Origin: Nemertoderma westbladi
Lineage: Eukaryota; Animalia; Xenacoelomorpha
Reading direction: 5' to 3'
Assembly: GCA_032718475.1 (NCBI GenBank)
Contig: JAUCBJ010005255.1
Location: 1-33,271, forward strand
DNA length: 33,271 nt
The notes under the pieces were generated by a model that saw nothing but the letters and a program-made list of their open reading frames with translations, was not told the origin of the DNA and ran no database searches. The position numbers and the translations under genes were made by a program. Each line of letters starts with the position of its first letter. The first letter of the stretch is position 1. Below are positions 10,951 through 22,332 of the stretch, piece after piece.

Positions 10951-12765
10951 AATGTATGTTATCTGAGTAATGTAACAATGTATGTTATCTGAGTAATGTA
11001 ACAATGTATGTTATCTGAGTAATGTAACAATGTATGTTATCTGAGTAATGTAACAATGCATGTTATCTGAGTAATGTAACAATGTATGTTATCTGAGTAA
11101 TGTAACAATGTATGTTATCTGAGTAATGTAACAATGTATGTTATCTGAGTAATGTAACAATGTATGTTATCTGAGTAATGTAACAATGTATGCTATCTGA
11201 GTAATGTAACAATGTATCTTATCTGAGTAATGTAACAATGTATCTTATCTGAGTAATGTAACAATGTATGTTATCTGAGTAATGTAACAATGTATCTTAT
11301 CTGAGTAATGTAACAATGTATGCTATCTGAGTAATGTAACAATGTATGTTATCTGAGTAATGTAACAATGTATGCTTATCTGAGTAATGTAACAATGTAT
11401 GCTATCTGAGTAATGTAACAATGTATGTTATCTGAGTAATGTAACAATGTATGTTATCTGAGTAATGTAACAATGTATGTTATCTGAGTAATGTAACAAT
11501 GTATGTATCTGAGTAATGTAACAATGTATGCTATCTGAGTAATGTAACAATGTATGTTATCTGAGTAATGTAACAATGTATGTTATCTGAGTAATGTAAC
11601 AATGTATGTTATCTGAGTAATGTAACAATGTATGTTATCTGAGTAATGTAACAATGTATGTTATCTGAGTAATGTAACAATGTATGCTATCTGAGTAATG
11701 TAACAATGTATGTTATCTGAGTAATGTAACAATGTATGTTATCTGAGTAATGTAACAATGTATGTTATCTGAGTAATGTAACAATGTATGTTATCTGAGT
11801 AATGTAACAATGTATGTTATCTGAGTAATGTAACAATGTATGCTATCTGAGTAATGTAACAATGTATGTTATCTGAGTAATGTAACAATGTATGTTATCT
11901 GAGTAATGTAACAATGTATGTTATCTGAGTAATGTAACAATGTATGTTATCTGAGTAATGTAACAATGTATGTTATCTGAGTAATGTAACAATGTATGTT
12001 ATCTGAGTAATGTAACAATGTATGTTATCTGAGTAATGTAACAATGTATGTTATCTGAGTAATGTAACAATGTATGTTATCTGAGTAATGTAACAATGTA
12101 TGTTATCTGAGTAATGTAACAATGTATGTTATCTGAGTAATGTAACAATGTATGCTATCTGAGTAATGTAACAATGTATGTTATCTGAGTAATGTAACAA
12201 TGTATGTTATCTGAGTAATGTAACAATGTATGTTATCTGAGTAATGTAACAATGTATGTTATCTGAGTAATGTAACAATGTATGTTATCTGAGTAATGTA
12301 ACAATGTATCTGAGTAATGTAACAATGTATCTGAGTAATGTAACAATGTATGCTATCTGAGTAATGTAACAATGTATGTTATCTGAGTAATGTAACAATG
12401 TATGTTATCTGAGTAATGTAACAATGTATCTGAGTAATGTAACAATGTATGCTATCTGAGTAATGTAACAATGTATGTTATCTGAGTAATGTAACAATGT
12501 ATGTTATCTGAGTAATGTAACAATGTATGTTATCTGAGTAATGTAACAATGTATGTTATCTGAGTAATGTAACAATGTATGTTATCTGAGTAATGTAACA
12601 ATGTATGTTATCTGAGTAATGTAACAATGTATGCTATCTGAGTAATGTAACAATGTATCTGAGTAATGTAACAATGTATGTTATCTGAGTAATGTAACAA
12701 TGTATGTTATCTGAGTAATGTAACAATGTATGCTATCTGAGTAATGTAACAATGTATGTTATCTG
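10951..12765. repeat. Minisatellite A, right arm: same 26-bp unit, roughly 70 copies
   Basis: The same unit resumes right after the retrotransposon tail. Includes 21-bp deletion variants and GCT/CTT variants. Confidence 0.98.
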
Positions 12766-12772
12766 GCACAGT

Positions 12773-12979
12773 ATGGCGGCTTTAATAATTCCAAATAATG
12801 TAATTCAAACTTGGGGAGGTGGGGGGGGGGGGGGGGGGCTGGTTACAAGGCCACATTATTCTTACGAAAACAAAGAGACGAGAGGCTATATCACGGCGGT
12901 TACAGTTGTTTTATTTTTGATAGTAATCAGCTGTTTTGCGTCGAGTTTCACCTGGAGAGGGATGAATCCCCACTACATG
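12773..12979 (+). CDS. Putative exon 1 of a single-pass membrane adaptor, containing the transmembrane helix
   Basis: ATG in AgtATGG context. Hydrophobic segment ITAVTVVLFLIVISCFASSF at 12890..12949. Phase-0 donor ATG|GTTGGT. The true 5' end is uncertain and a G18 run lies inside. Confidence 0.5.
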
Positions 12980-13046
12980 GTTGGTTGCATTTTATCGAGG
13001 GAAATTTATTTGCGTTTATTCAACTGCCGTGTTGTATTTTTTTTAG

Positions 13047-13095
13047 ATATATTCACATACAGTGTCTCAGATTTGTAAATACAGAACTCGAATTC
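13047..13095 (+). CDS. Putative exon 2 (49 nt, IYSHTVSQICKYRTRI) of the membrane adaptor
   Basis: Strong acceptor TATTTTTTTTAG and perfect donor GTAAGT at 13096. Phase 0 in and phase 1 out, matching both neighbouring exons without a stop. Confidence 0.55.
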
Positions 13096-13174
13096 GTAAG
13101 TCTCTCGAAACCGCTCCCGCTAGAGGGCTACATAAGTATTAGACGTCCTCCCATTCCTAAAGCTGAAACTTAGT

Positions 13175-15322
13175 AGTAGTCACTACTAACTGTGAGCCAC
13201 AGTAGTCACTACTAACTGTGAGCCGCAGTAGTCACTACTAACTGTGAGCCGCAGTAGTCACTACTAACTGTGAGCCGCAGTAGTCACTACTAACTGTGAG
13301 CCGCAGTAGTCACTACTAACTGTGAGCCGCAGTACTCACTACTAACTGTGAGCCGCAGTACTCACTACTAACTGTGAGCCGCAGTAGTCACTACTAACTG
13401 TGAGCCGCAGTAGTCACTACTAACTGTGAGCCGCAGTAGACACTACTAACTGTGAGCCGCAGTAGTCACTACTAACTGTGAGCCGCAGTAGTCACTACTA
13501 ACTGTGAACCGCTGTAGTCACTACTAACTGTGAGCCGCAGTAGTCACTACTAACTGTGAGCCGCAGTAGTCACTACTAACTGTGAGCCGCAGTAGTCACT
13601 ACTAACTGTGAGCCGCAGTAGTCACTACTAACTATGAACCGCGTGTAGTCACTACTAACTGTGAGCCGCAGGTAGTCACTACTAACTGTGAGCCGCAGGT
13701 AGTCACTACTAACTGTGAGCCACAGTAGTCACTACTAACTGTGAGCCGAGGCCGCTCGTAGTCACTACTAACTGTGAGCCGCAGTAGTCACTACTAACTG
13801 TGAGCCGCAGTAGTCACTACTAACTGTGAGCCGCAGTAGTCACTACTAACTGTGAGCCGCAGTAGTCACTACTAACTGTGAGCCGCCAGTAGTCACTACT
13901 AACTGTGAGCCGCAGTAGTCACTACTAACTGTGAGCCGCAGTAGTCACTACTAACTGTGAGCCGCTGTAGTCACTACTAACTGTGAACCGCTGTAGTCAC
14001 TACTAACTGTGAGCCGCAGTAGTCACTACTAACTGTGAGCCGCAGTAGTCACTACTAACTGTGAGCCGCAGTAGTCACTACTAACTGTGAGCCGCAGTAG
14101 TCACTACTAACTGTGAGCCGCGCAGTAGTCACTACTAACTGTGAGCCGCAGTACTCACTACTAACTGTGAGCCGCAGTAGTCACTACTAACTGTGAGCCG
14201 CAGTAGTCACTACTAACTGTGAGCCGCAGTAGTCACTACTAGCTGTGAGCCGCAGTAGTCACTACTAACTGTGAGCCGCAGTTGTAGTCACTACTAACTG
14301 TGAGCCGCAGTTGTAGTCACTACTAACTGTGAGCCGCAGTTGTAGTCACTACTAACTGTGAGCCGCAGTAGTCACTACTAACTGTGAGCCGCGGCCGCGC
14401 AGTAGTCACTACTAACTGTGAGCCGCAGTAGTCACTACTAACTGTGAGCCGCAGTAGTCACTACTAACTGTGAGCCGCAGTAGTCACTACTAACTGTGAG
14501 CCGCGCAGTAGTCACTACTAACTGTGAGCCGCAGTAGTCACTACTAACTGTGAACCGCCATAGTCACTACTAACTGTGAGCCGCAGTAGTCACTACTAAC
14601 TGTGAGCCGCAGTAGTCACTACTAACTGTGAGCCGCAGTAGTCACTACTAACTGTGAGCCGCAGTAGTCACTACTAACTGTGAGCCGCAGTAGTCACTAC
14701 TAACTGTGAGCCGCAGTAGTCACTACTAACTGTGAACCGCTGTAGTCACTACTAACTGTGAGCCGCTGTAGTCACTACTAACTGTGAGCCGCAGTAGTCA
14801 CTACTAACTGTGAGCCGCGCAGTAGTCACTACTAACTGTGAGCCGCAGGCAGTAGTCACTAATAACTGTGAGCCGCAGTAGTCACTACTAACTGTGAGCC
14901 GCAGTAGTCACTACTAACTGTGAGCCGCGCAGTAGTCACTACTAACTGTGAGCCGCAGGCAGTTTTCACTACTAACTGTGAGCCGCTGTAGTCACTACTA
15001 ACTGTGAGCCGCAGTAGTCACTACTAACTGTGAGCCGCAGTAGTCACTACTAACTGTGAGCCGCAGTAGTCACTACTAACTGTGAGCCGCGGTAGTCACT
15101 ACTAACTGTGAGCCGCAGTAGTCACTACTAACTGTGAGCCGCAGTAGTCACTACTAACTGTGAGCCGCGCAGTAGTCACTACTAACTGTGAGCCGCAGGC
15201 AGTAGTCACTAATAACTGTGAGCCGCAGTAGTCACTACTAACTGTGAGCCGCAGTAGTCACTACTAACTGTGAGCCGCAGTAGTCACTACTAACTGTGAG
15301 CCGCAGTAGTCATTACCAACTG
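13175..15322. repeat. Minisatellite B: 26-bp unit AGTAGTCACTACTAACTGTGAGCCGC, roughly 80 copies, intronic
   Basis: Directly visible tandem array, with small indels concentrated in the GCCGC part. It lies between the donor at 13096 and the acceptor at 15467. Confidence 0.97.
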
Positions 15323-15467
15323 CTGGACCCCAGACTGAATTGGACTGCGGTCCCATAGAATAAAACGGAAACCAAACTACGTTACAGCTAGGTACGAAAC
15401 TATTGCAGTAATTATCCGTAGTAACTGCTTGGAACTGTTTATAATACAATGACGTTGTGTCTCCTAG

Positions 15468-16864
15468 GTTACGATGACGTGTCTGTATGCCGGTCTACCG
15501 ATGCCGACAGCGGACTGTACGAATCCACCGAGGATCTGAGTGCGACCGACAGAGAGAAGGGCTACGCGTTGGTGCGTCGGGTCAACGACCGGGCGGTCGG
15601 TGGCCCCAGCAGTCCCGCCGCCTCGCCGCCTCGTAGCGACTCCAGCGGCGAGGTGCCGCCCCCGGTCCCCGCCCGTCTGCCCAACATCGAGCTAAGCGAC
15701 GAGGAGACCCCCGCCGTGTGGGTCCCCCCTCGCCCCCGCTCCCTCCTCTGGGACCCGGCCCCCCAAGTCGCCCACTCCCGTCGCGGTTCTCACGAAGTCG
15801 CCTCCGTTGCCATGACGTCGCCCAATCACCGCCTCGCCGCCCACGCTCGAACTCGGAGCAACGGATTCGCTCAGCGCTCGCCCGACAGATCGCTCCCGCC
15901 GATCCCGCTCGGTTCCCTCGACGCGCCCTCCAGCGAGGGAGTGCCGCGGGAACCCAGTTACACGCTGGTCGGCGCGCGACCCTGTCTGGACGACGTTCTC
16001 CGATCGCCCCCTAGCGGCCCCCCCGAGTACTACTCATCAATAGCCTCCTCTTCCGACCCCACCTACGACCATATACCGGAGTCGGCCGCTAAGGGGCGAC
16101 CGACGGCTTCCACTCCGTACGCGGCGGTGGACTCGGATATTTACCTCGACCTGGACTCCGTCGCGAGTCCGATCTACGCACCTATCGGGCCGCCGGTGTC
16201 GCGATTAGTCGCGCCGTTGGCGCGGCTCTCCGAGTTCGACGAGGTAAGTCCGGAGCCGGAACGTCGGAGTCGGCATCGGAGGGTCATGTCGGACCCAGTG
16301 GAGGAGTTGTACGCGCGGGTGAATAAACCGGGTCGCCCGAACAATGTGCGGGTGTCGGTGAACCAGGGAAGGGAACCGACGAACCACGGGGGGACGGAAC
16401 CAACGAACCACGGGGGGAGGGAACACGACTCGGACTCGAGCAGCGCTCCCGGCTACGAATCGGTCCCGTGGCCGAGTCGCACGTTGGGGCGATTGGAGGA
16501 GGACGCGCGACACCCGGTCGTCGGCACAAACCCGAGTGCTGTAAGAGTCAACGGCGATTTGACGACGTACTCGGACGTTGTCGGGCCCCTGGATCCCCGT
16601 CAGATGATCCAGATAGACGAGGTGCAGCGAGCGGATCCCGCCTTCTGGGCTCGTAGGGAGCACACCTACACCGAGATACTCCGAGGGGGGCCGGACGCCC
16701 ATCACACATACTCCGAGATTCCCGGGGGCCGTTCGGCCAGGCAGCACACCTACACAGAGATACCCAACGACAGGTCGGCCCGGCCACGCAATAAACGCCA
16801 CAGTCGATTACGTCACGGTGTCAGCAATGGGGACTGCGGTAACAGAAAGCTGGGAACCCTGTAG
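15468..16864 (+). CDS. Large terminal exon encoding a disordered Pro/Ser-rich tail with many tyrosine-based SH2 and SH3 docking motifs (PAG1/Cbp-like adaptor)
   Basis: GC-rich 471-codon ORF with acceptor TGTGTCTCCTAG at 15467 (phase 1). Motifs YDDV, YALV, YTLV, YSSI, YDHI, YAAV, YAPI, YARV, YESV and 3x HTY[T/S]EI, plus PPPVPAR and RSLPPIP. AATAAA at 17244..17249. Confidence 0.8.
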
Positions 16865-17340
16865 TTCCAGAGAACACTTTTACTTTCAGTTTAAAGTTTC
16901 AGCTTATTGTAAATTTTTTATAATAGCAATATAATTGTTGTTACTCGTTATTACTACTTCCTTAGATATAGACTACCAGTTCTGTTGATATGCAGTATAT
17001 TTATGTGCCCTGAGTTTTGTATTTATCGTAAACTATTATTATAGTTCTATATTTTATCACCAGATATTATTTTAGTTATTTTTATTTTGATCGCTTTGTT
17101 AAAGGTCGTTTTATCGTGTCGCATCAGTTGTTATGAATAACTATTAACAACAGTCGATAGTCCGGAATGTACACAATCATCGAAGGGTTTAAAAGCTCCC
17201 GCAATGTAATCTTATTATTAAAGTTGTATTATTTTACGATAAGAATAAAGTGTCGGAGAGATTTCGTCCGAGGGGGTGAGTTGGCAGGCTTTTAGCCATC
17301 GAGTGCAAAATTCAATATTGCGCGGGCAGACAATCACCTT

Positions 17341-17618
17341 AGGTTCCACCTTGGTTTAGTGGATGCATTGAATTCACATCTCCTGTAGGTCGTGGGTTCG
17401 ATCCTCGCATGGGCCAGGGCAGTTTTCTTATCGGCACGAATGCTTTAAAGGGACCAGCCAGGGCGCATCTCTGCCTCGCATCCTTAAGTGGTAGCTAAAT
17501 GAGTACTGGAGTTTCCTCTGGGGAGTAAAGTTCTGGGGGGACCGCACTGGAAATAAGTCGTCAGACTTTGTGCGTAATCCCTGGCCTAGCGGCCGAAGAA
17601 AATTTACTTTACTTTTAC
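17341..17618 (+). mobile_element. tRNA-derived SINE (family 1)
   Basis: Pol III A box TGGTTTAGTGG (17352..17362), B box GGTTCGATCC (17395..17404) and (TTTAC)n tail. Related sequence at 30396..30498 (inverted) and 20961..21802. Confidence 0.75.
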
Positions 17619-18920
17619 GTTTTTAATCACGGCTTACTAAATGGCCTAATAGGCAAATTTTCAAAATTAATTTTATAGGATAATTAAAATCAACAAGTCA
17701 TTGTGGGAAGGCCAAAATGAACAAAAGCTTAATGTCCCAAAAGTCAATTCTCAAAAAAAGTATTTTTTACGAATTTTGGATATTTTCAAACTATCCCAAA
17801 TGTCACATAAAGTTCGCTAATATGTTTTTCTCATTAAATATCGCATAAAGTTAAGTAACAAATAGTTCCAAACTGCACTAAACTAATAGAGTAAGTTGGA
17901 GGCTTGTATTCTATTGGTGGTTAAATTTGTTTTTCTTTAAATATTGGAGAATAAATAAAAATGATATAGAAATATTCCGTGGTTAATAATACACTGTGTA
18001 TATGGGATGTGGTTGAATTGCCATTAATTTTGTAAATAATTAATATATCGTGACCAAAGAGCCAGAAGATTAGAAGATTATTTTCCAAAGAGGCAAAACA
18101 ATACATACTGAAATTTAACATCAACTATAGTCTGTGTGTGTTGTTTTACCTCTAACGGTTTTCAACTTTTATGTTGTGAGGGTTGTTCTGGTTTTCCATA
18201 TCTCCTAAACGGACTGACATACAAGTCTAGGATTTTAACATAAGATGTAGAACGCCATCTTGTGTATTTTTGGTGAATTTTTTTTTAATTGTGGTATGTT
18301 TTGTTCTGGCTCTATGGTCACGATTTATAGAATATAAACTGCTTTAAATGATTTATCGTAATAATTTAATTATTTATCAACGAGGACGTGTTATGGACCT
18401 GAAGCACATTACTCTAACGTCATTCCATCAACCCCACAGGGTGGGGGATTACTGTCTTGATATCGATAAGCATCGATAACTAAAATAATTAATGATATGT
18501 GTATCGCTTCAAATTTGGTTCATATAGAGTATTTAACCAGAGCTTTAAGACCCCCTAACCCAGAGAATTATTTTGAAAAATACCGGAGACCAGAGCCAGA
18601 GATCAGAGACTTTGCTTATTTTTCTACTTACAATTTGATTACTCCCCTATATCACAAACAGGTACATGCGGCCTTAGAACTATTTTTCTATGGTTCAATT
18701 ACAGTAAATCCAAACCATTTCAACTCTTACCCATTATAAGAAAATAAGCGCACGTACAGTTTGGGGGGCTTAATTAATATTAATTTGGTTATTTGTTTAT
18801 TAATTCGTTCTTTTTTTGTTATTGTTAATATTGTTAATTGTTACTTTAATTTGTTTTGCGCCATAGGTACCGGTACTTTGTTAATTAAAGGCACTTATTT
18901 TACAATTGTTCAAATCATAT

Positions 18921-19718
18921 GGGTCGATTACGCAAAAAATGGCCAAATTCCAGGTTAAAAAATTAAAAAAAAAATTTCTCAAACCCTATCAAATCATGTA
19001 ATATTTTGAAAGCCCATTTACATGCAGGACAACTGTGTACATTCTTAGCAATCTCATTATGTTAACGTGAACGCTTGACCTTGTATATCATTAGATAGCG
19101 CTTTCAGAAGCGGTATAAATAAACTTTACATTAAGTAAATCCGATTTGTGGAAGAAAGGTTAGAGCAAAAATAAGGGCGTTACAAGATGGACATTTCCAA
19201 TGACGTTCAAAAACTACTTGGCAAACTTTTGGGCATAATTTCTGCTGGACTTATCGATTAGCGTTCATTCGTATATGTCTGGATATCCAATAAAATTATC
19301 TTTCGGAAAATACTTACCTTGAAACAAACACATTTCACAATAAAAAGTTATGTTTCAAATACGAACGTTACAACACCTAAAAAATTTATACAAACGAACA
19401 TGTAGCATTTTTCATCCCTCATAAAACAAAACTATAAAGAAGTGTACCCCAGTAACGACTATAGTACTAGATGATTGACTGTATCTCAAAAACTTAGCAT
19501 CGGACATCGCATCACATGTCCATTTCGGACTTGTAATCCAAGGAAAATATATGTCAAAATGCTTAAAAACCAATGCCAAAAAATGGGCGAAAATTCGCTC
19601 TATAGAAATATATATAGGTTTATATGGTTTGGGTTATTTCCTGCTGAGTTATTTATGGCTCATGGAATGGCGAAATTACGTCTGACACAATTTTGGCCAC
19701 TTTTTGCGTAATCGACCC
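18921..19718. mobile_element. Non-autonomous DNA transposon (MITE), about 800 bp
   Basis: Terminal inverted repeats GGGTCGATTACGCAAAAA.TGGCCAAA / TTTGGCCACTTTTTGCGTAATCGACCC, flanked by ATAT on both sides (a TA duplication with TGGG ends is equally compatible). No transposase ORF. Confidence 0.85.
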
Positions 19719-20680
19719 ATATACATTTCTTTCTTTCACTTTTAAACATTATGAGTGCTCAAATTAAGCGCCCTTATCCTTAAATAAGAACGACCTTTAG
19801 GTGCTAATTTAACTTAAAATTAAACGCACCTTAAATTAATTAATGAGAAGATTATCGGTACATTTATTAGAAATAGCGTAAAAGTGAATATATAATTTTG
19901 TTGAAGTATGAAGTATGATTTTGTATGAAAAATAGTTAAAAATTAAAGAAATAATTAATTGTAAAAAATTTGTGAAAAATAATCTTCATTTCACATTTTG
20001 TGTTGTACAGGATATATTTTTAAATATCTATTTCTAATTTGTCAAATCACTGATCTCTGGGTAAAATGTCTGTTTTCAATACCCGGGAACCAGAGACCTA
20101 TCCGGAGACCAAAAAACCGTCCGGAGAATCAAGAGATCAGAGATTAGTGACAAGTCTCTGTTTCAACTCTAGTTGGTAGGTAGGTACGACAGATGTCTTT
20201 TTTTAATAGGATCACCACTTTCGTTATCAACAGTTATCGGTACATATAAAAAATTCCTAAAAAATTCGTTAATATTCATAATAAAGTTATATGAAAAGTC
20301 CTAAAAGAGAAACTGTCATTTGATTTTTATATAAATTTACATATAAAGTTTAGGAATTTTCAGCACAAATTCAACTTATAGGAAATTTTTATAAGAATTT
20401 TGTTAATTTTTGCTAACGAAAATGGTGCTTTAGTGTAATGATACAATTTTTCTGAATCGATTTACTATTTAGACACAATAATGATGATACGTACGATGCG
20501 TGTGCGATGTTTACGTTATATGATCTTACGTTTATGTGGAGTTCGACAAGTTTCTGTTCTCGGTAGTTTTTACTTCTTAAATATCAAATTGTAATTTATT
20601 GTAAATTTTATGATTATTTGCTAATTGTTTAAACCTAGGTTTTTGTGTAATAAGATTTATATTTAGCGGCTGATAATCTC

Positions 20681-22045
20681 TAGGGATGTACCGGAATTCC
20701 ATACCGGTCGGAATTCCGGCAGTTATCGATCTCGGTTCCGGCCGGAATGACGAGATTCCTGCCCATGAATAACGAAATATTGGGGTTTGTTAATACACCT
20801 TTATAAACAAACCTGGTAGTAATTCTTTATGGGTTTAAAATTTTATTATTTTAAATTTAAGCTTCAATATTAATTAAATATTAAAATTTAATTAAAATTT
20901 GCATAACGTCGACGTAATGAATCAGACTGGGGGGGGGGGGGGGGGGGCGACGCAAATCGGCCCACCTTGGCGTAGTAGTTTAAGGCCGGAGTACTACCCC
21001 CCCCCCCCCCTCCCCTGTTCAAAATTTCAAATGTCTGTTTATTATTTACTCTATAGCAGAATTTAATGAGGATTTCTAATCTGAAAACCGCTTAGCGAAA
21101 CCTCGTTTAGTTCTCGAGTTATCGCTGTTTTTCTGAACGATGGTCTGTCAGTAAAACTGTAAGACAGACAGACAGACTAGATTCCACCAAACCATCATTT
21201 GAAGGTTTCAGTCATCTCGGAATGACATTTTTCAAAATACTACTCCCCCGCCATTTTTTAACCAATTTTCTTTATTTTTGGCTCATTCGAAAGGGTTTCG
21301 GCTGTTCTTTAAAAGTTATCGGTTGGGATTTTTATATTTCTTTTTTTACCACCAATTTTTCGGATTAAAGCCAAACATTTGTTAAAATTTTGCAAAATAT
21401 TAATAAATATGAATTAATTTTCATAAAAAGGCAAAACTAACAATTTTACCGATAACTTTTGTGGAGGTCATCCCCCATAAATTCGAAAAAAATTGGTTTC
21501 AGACAATTTCACATCAGATTGAATGACTAGCATTTTAACCGCAAATATTGTTTCACACAATGGCCGCTAGAGGGCGACTGAAAATTTGAACAATATTTGT
21601 AAACACAAATGTTTGGCCATATTTTAACAGCCCATACTGTATAAAATCAAAATATTTTAATTTCAGTAGAAATTATAGACATTAAAAAAGTTTTCGGGGC
21701 GGGGGGAGGGAGTTACTCCGCCTTAATCCGCTGCATTGAACTCACATTTTCTTCCCCGTTGTAGTTTTAGTTTTCGTTTCGTCACGAATGCTTTAAAGGG
21801 ACTAGTGAGTTTGAATCAATAAACAATAAAAGTGATTTTGAGTAAATCGCAAGAAGAAAAGTGTTACTTTTTCCCACACTACCGGTATGTCTGTATGATG
21901 CAAATGGAAAAAAATAGTTGTTACGGTAAAAATAATTCATTCAAAATTCTTTGATTTATTTAAAGAAATACAGTAGTAAAATTCCGGCTTGTCCGGAATA
22001 TTCCGGCATATGGAAAACTGTAATCCCGATTCCGATACATCCCTA
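20681..22045. mobile_element. hAT-like non-autonomous element carrying nested insertions
   Basis: TIRs TAGGGATGTACCGGAAT / ATTCCGATACATCCCTA, subterminal TTCCGG repeats at both ends, and 8-bp flanks ATAATCTC / ATAATTAT (5 of 8 identical). Confidence 0.7.
20984..21722. mobile_element. Kolobok-like MITE with TTAA target duplication
   Basis: TTAA|GGCCGGAGTACTACCCCC at the left end and GGGGGAGGGAGTTACTCCGCC|TTAA at the right end; imperfect TIRs with GG..CC termini. Confidence 0.7.
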
Positions 22046-22332
22046 ATAATTATTTAATGTATTTATTCACATGCTACAACATGTTACATTACTATTTTAT
22101 TATTATTTATTAAATAAAACATCATGAATTGTATCGATTACTTAGTGTATTATAACAATATTTTACTAATAATTATTATTATTTCACGTTTATAATAAGA
22201 TGTTTCGATTTAATTACATTAAACATAAAAAAAATGGCAAATATCTGAATAGATTCAACAGTAAAACTCTTTATTTTTCAATAATTGAGTATTTTTTCTG
22301 CACAAGTCTCCCCATCGGGGAACTCCTCTCAA

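Noticed and set aside
3623-15322. CRISPR array interpretation of the 26-bp repeats next to an RT/nuclease
   Set aside because: The units are head-to-tail with no unique spacers, there are no cas genes, and the context is spliceosomal eukaryotic DNA.
16205-16801. 198-aa minus-strand ORF
   Set aside because: Antisense shadow of the adaptor exon.
17341-17420. tRNA gene
   Set aside because: A and B boxes are present but there is no convincing cloverleaf, and it continues into a repeated body and simple tail, so it is called a SINE. The same applies to 31560..31631.
18525-20171. Outer TAGAG..CTCTA hAT-like element around the MITE
   Set aside because: The TIR match is weak and there is no 8-bp TSD, so it is not called as a feature.
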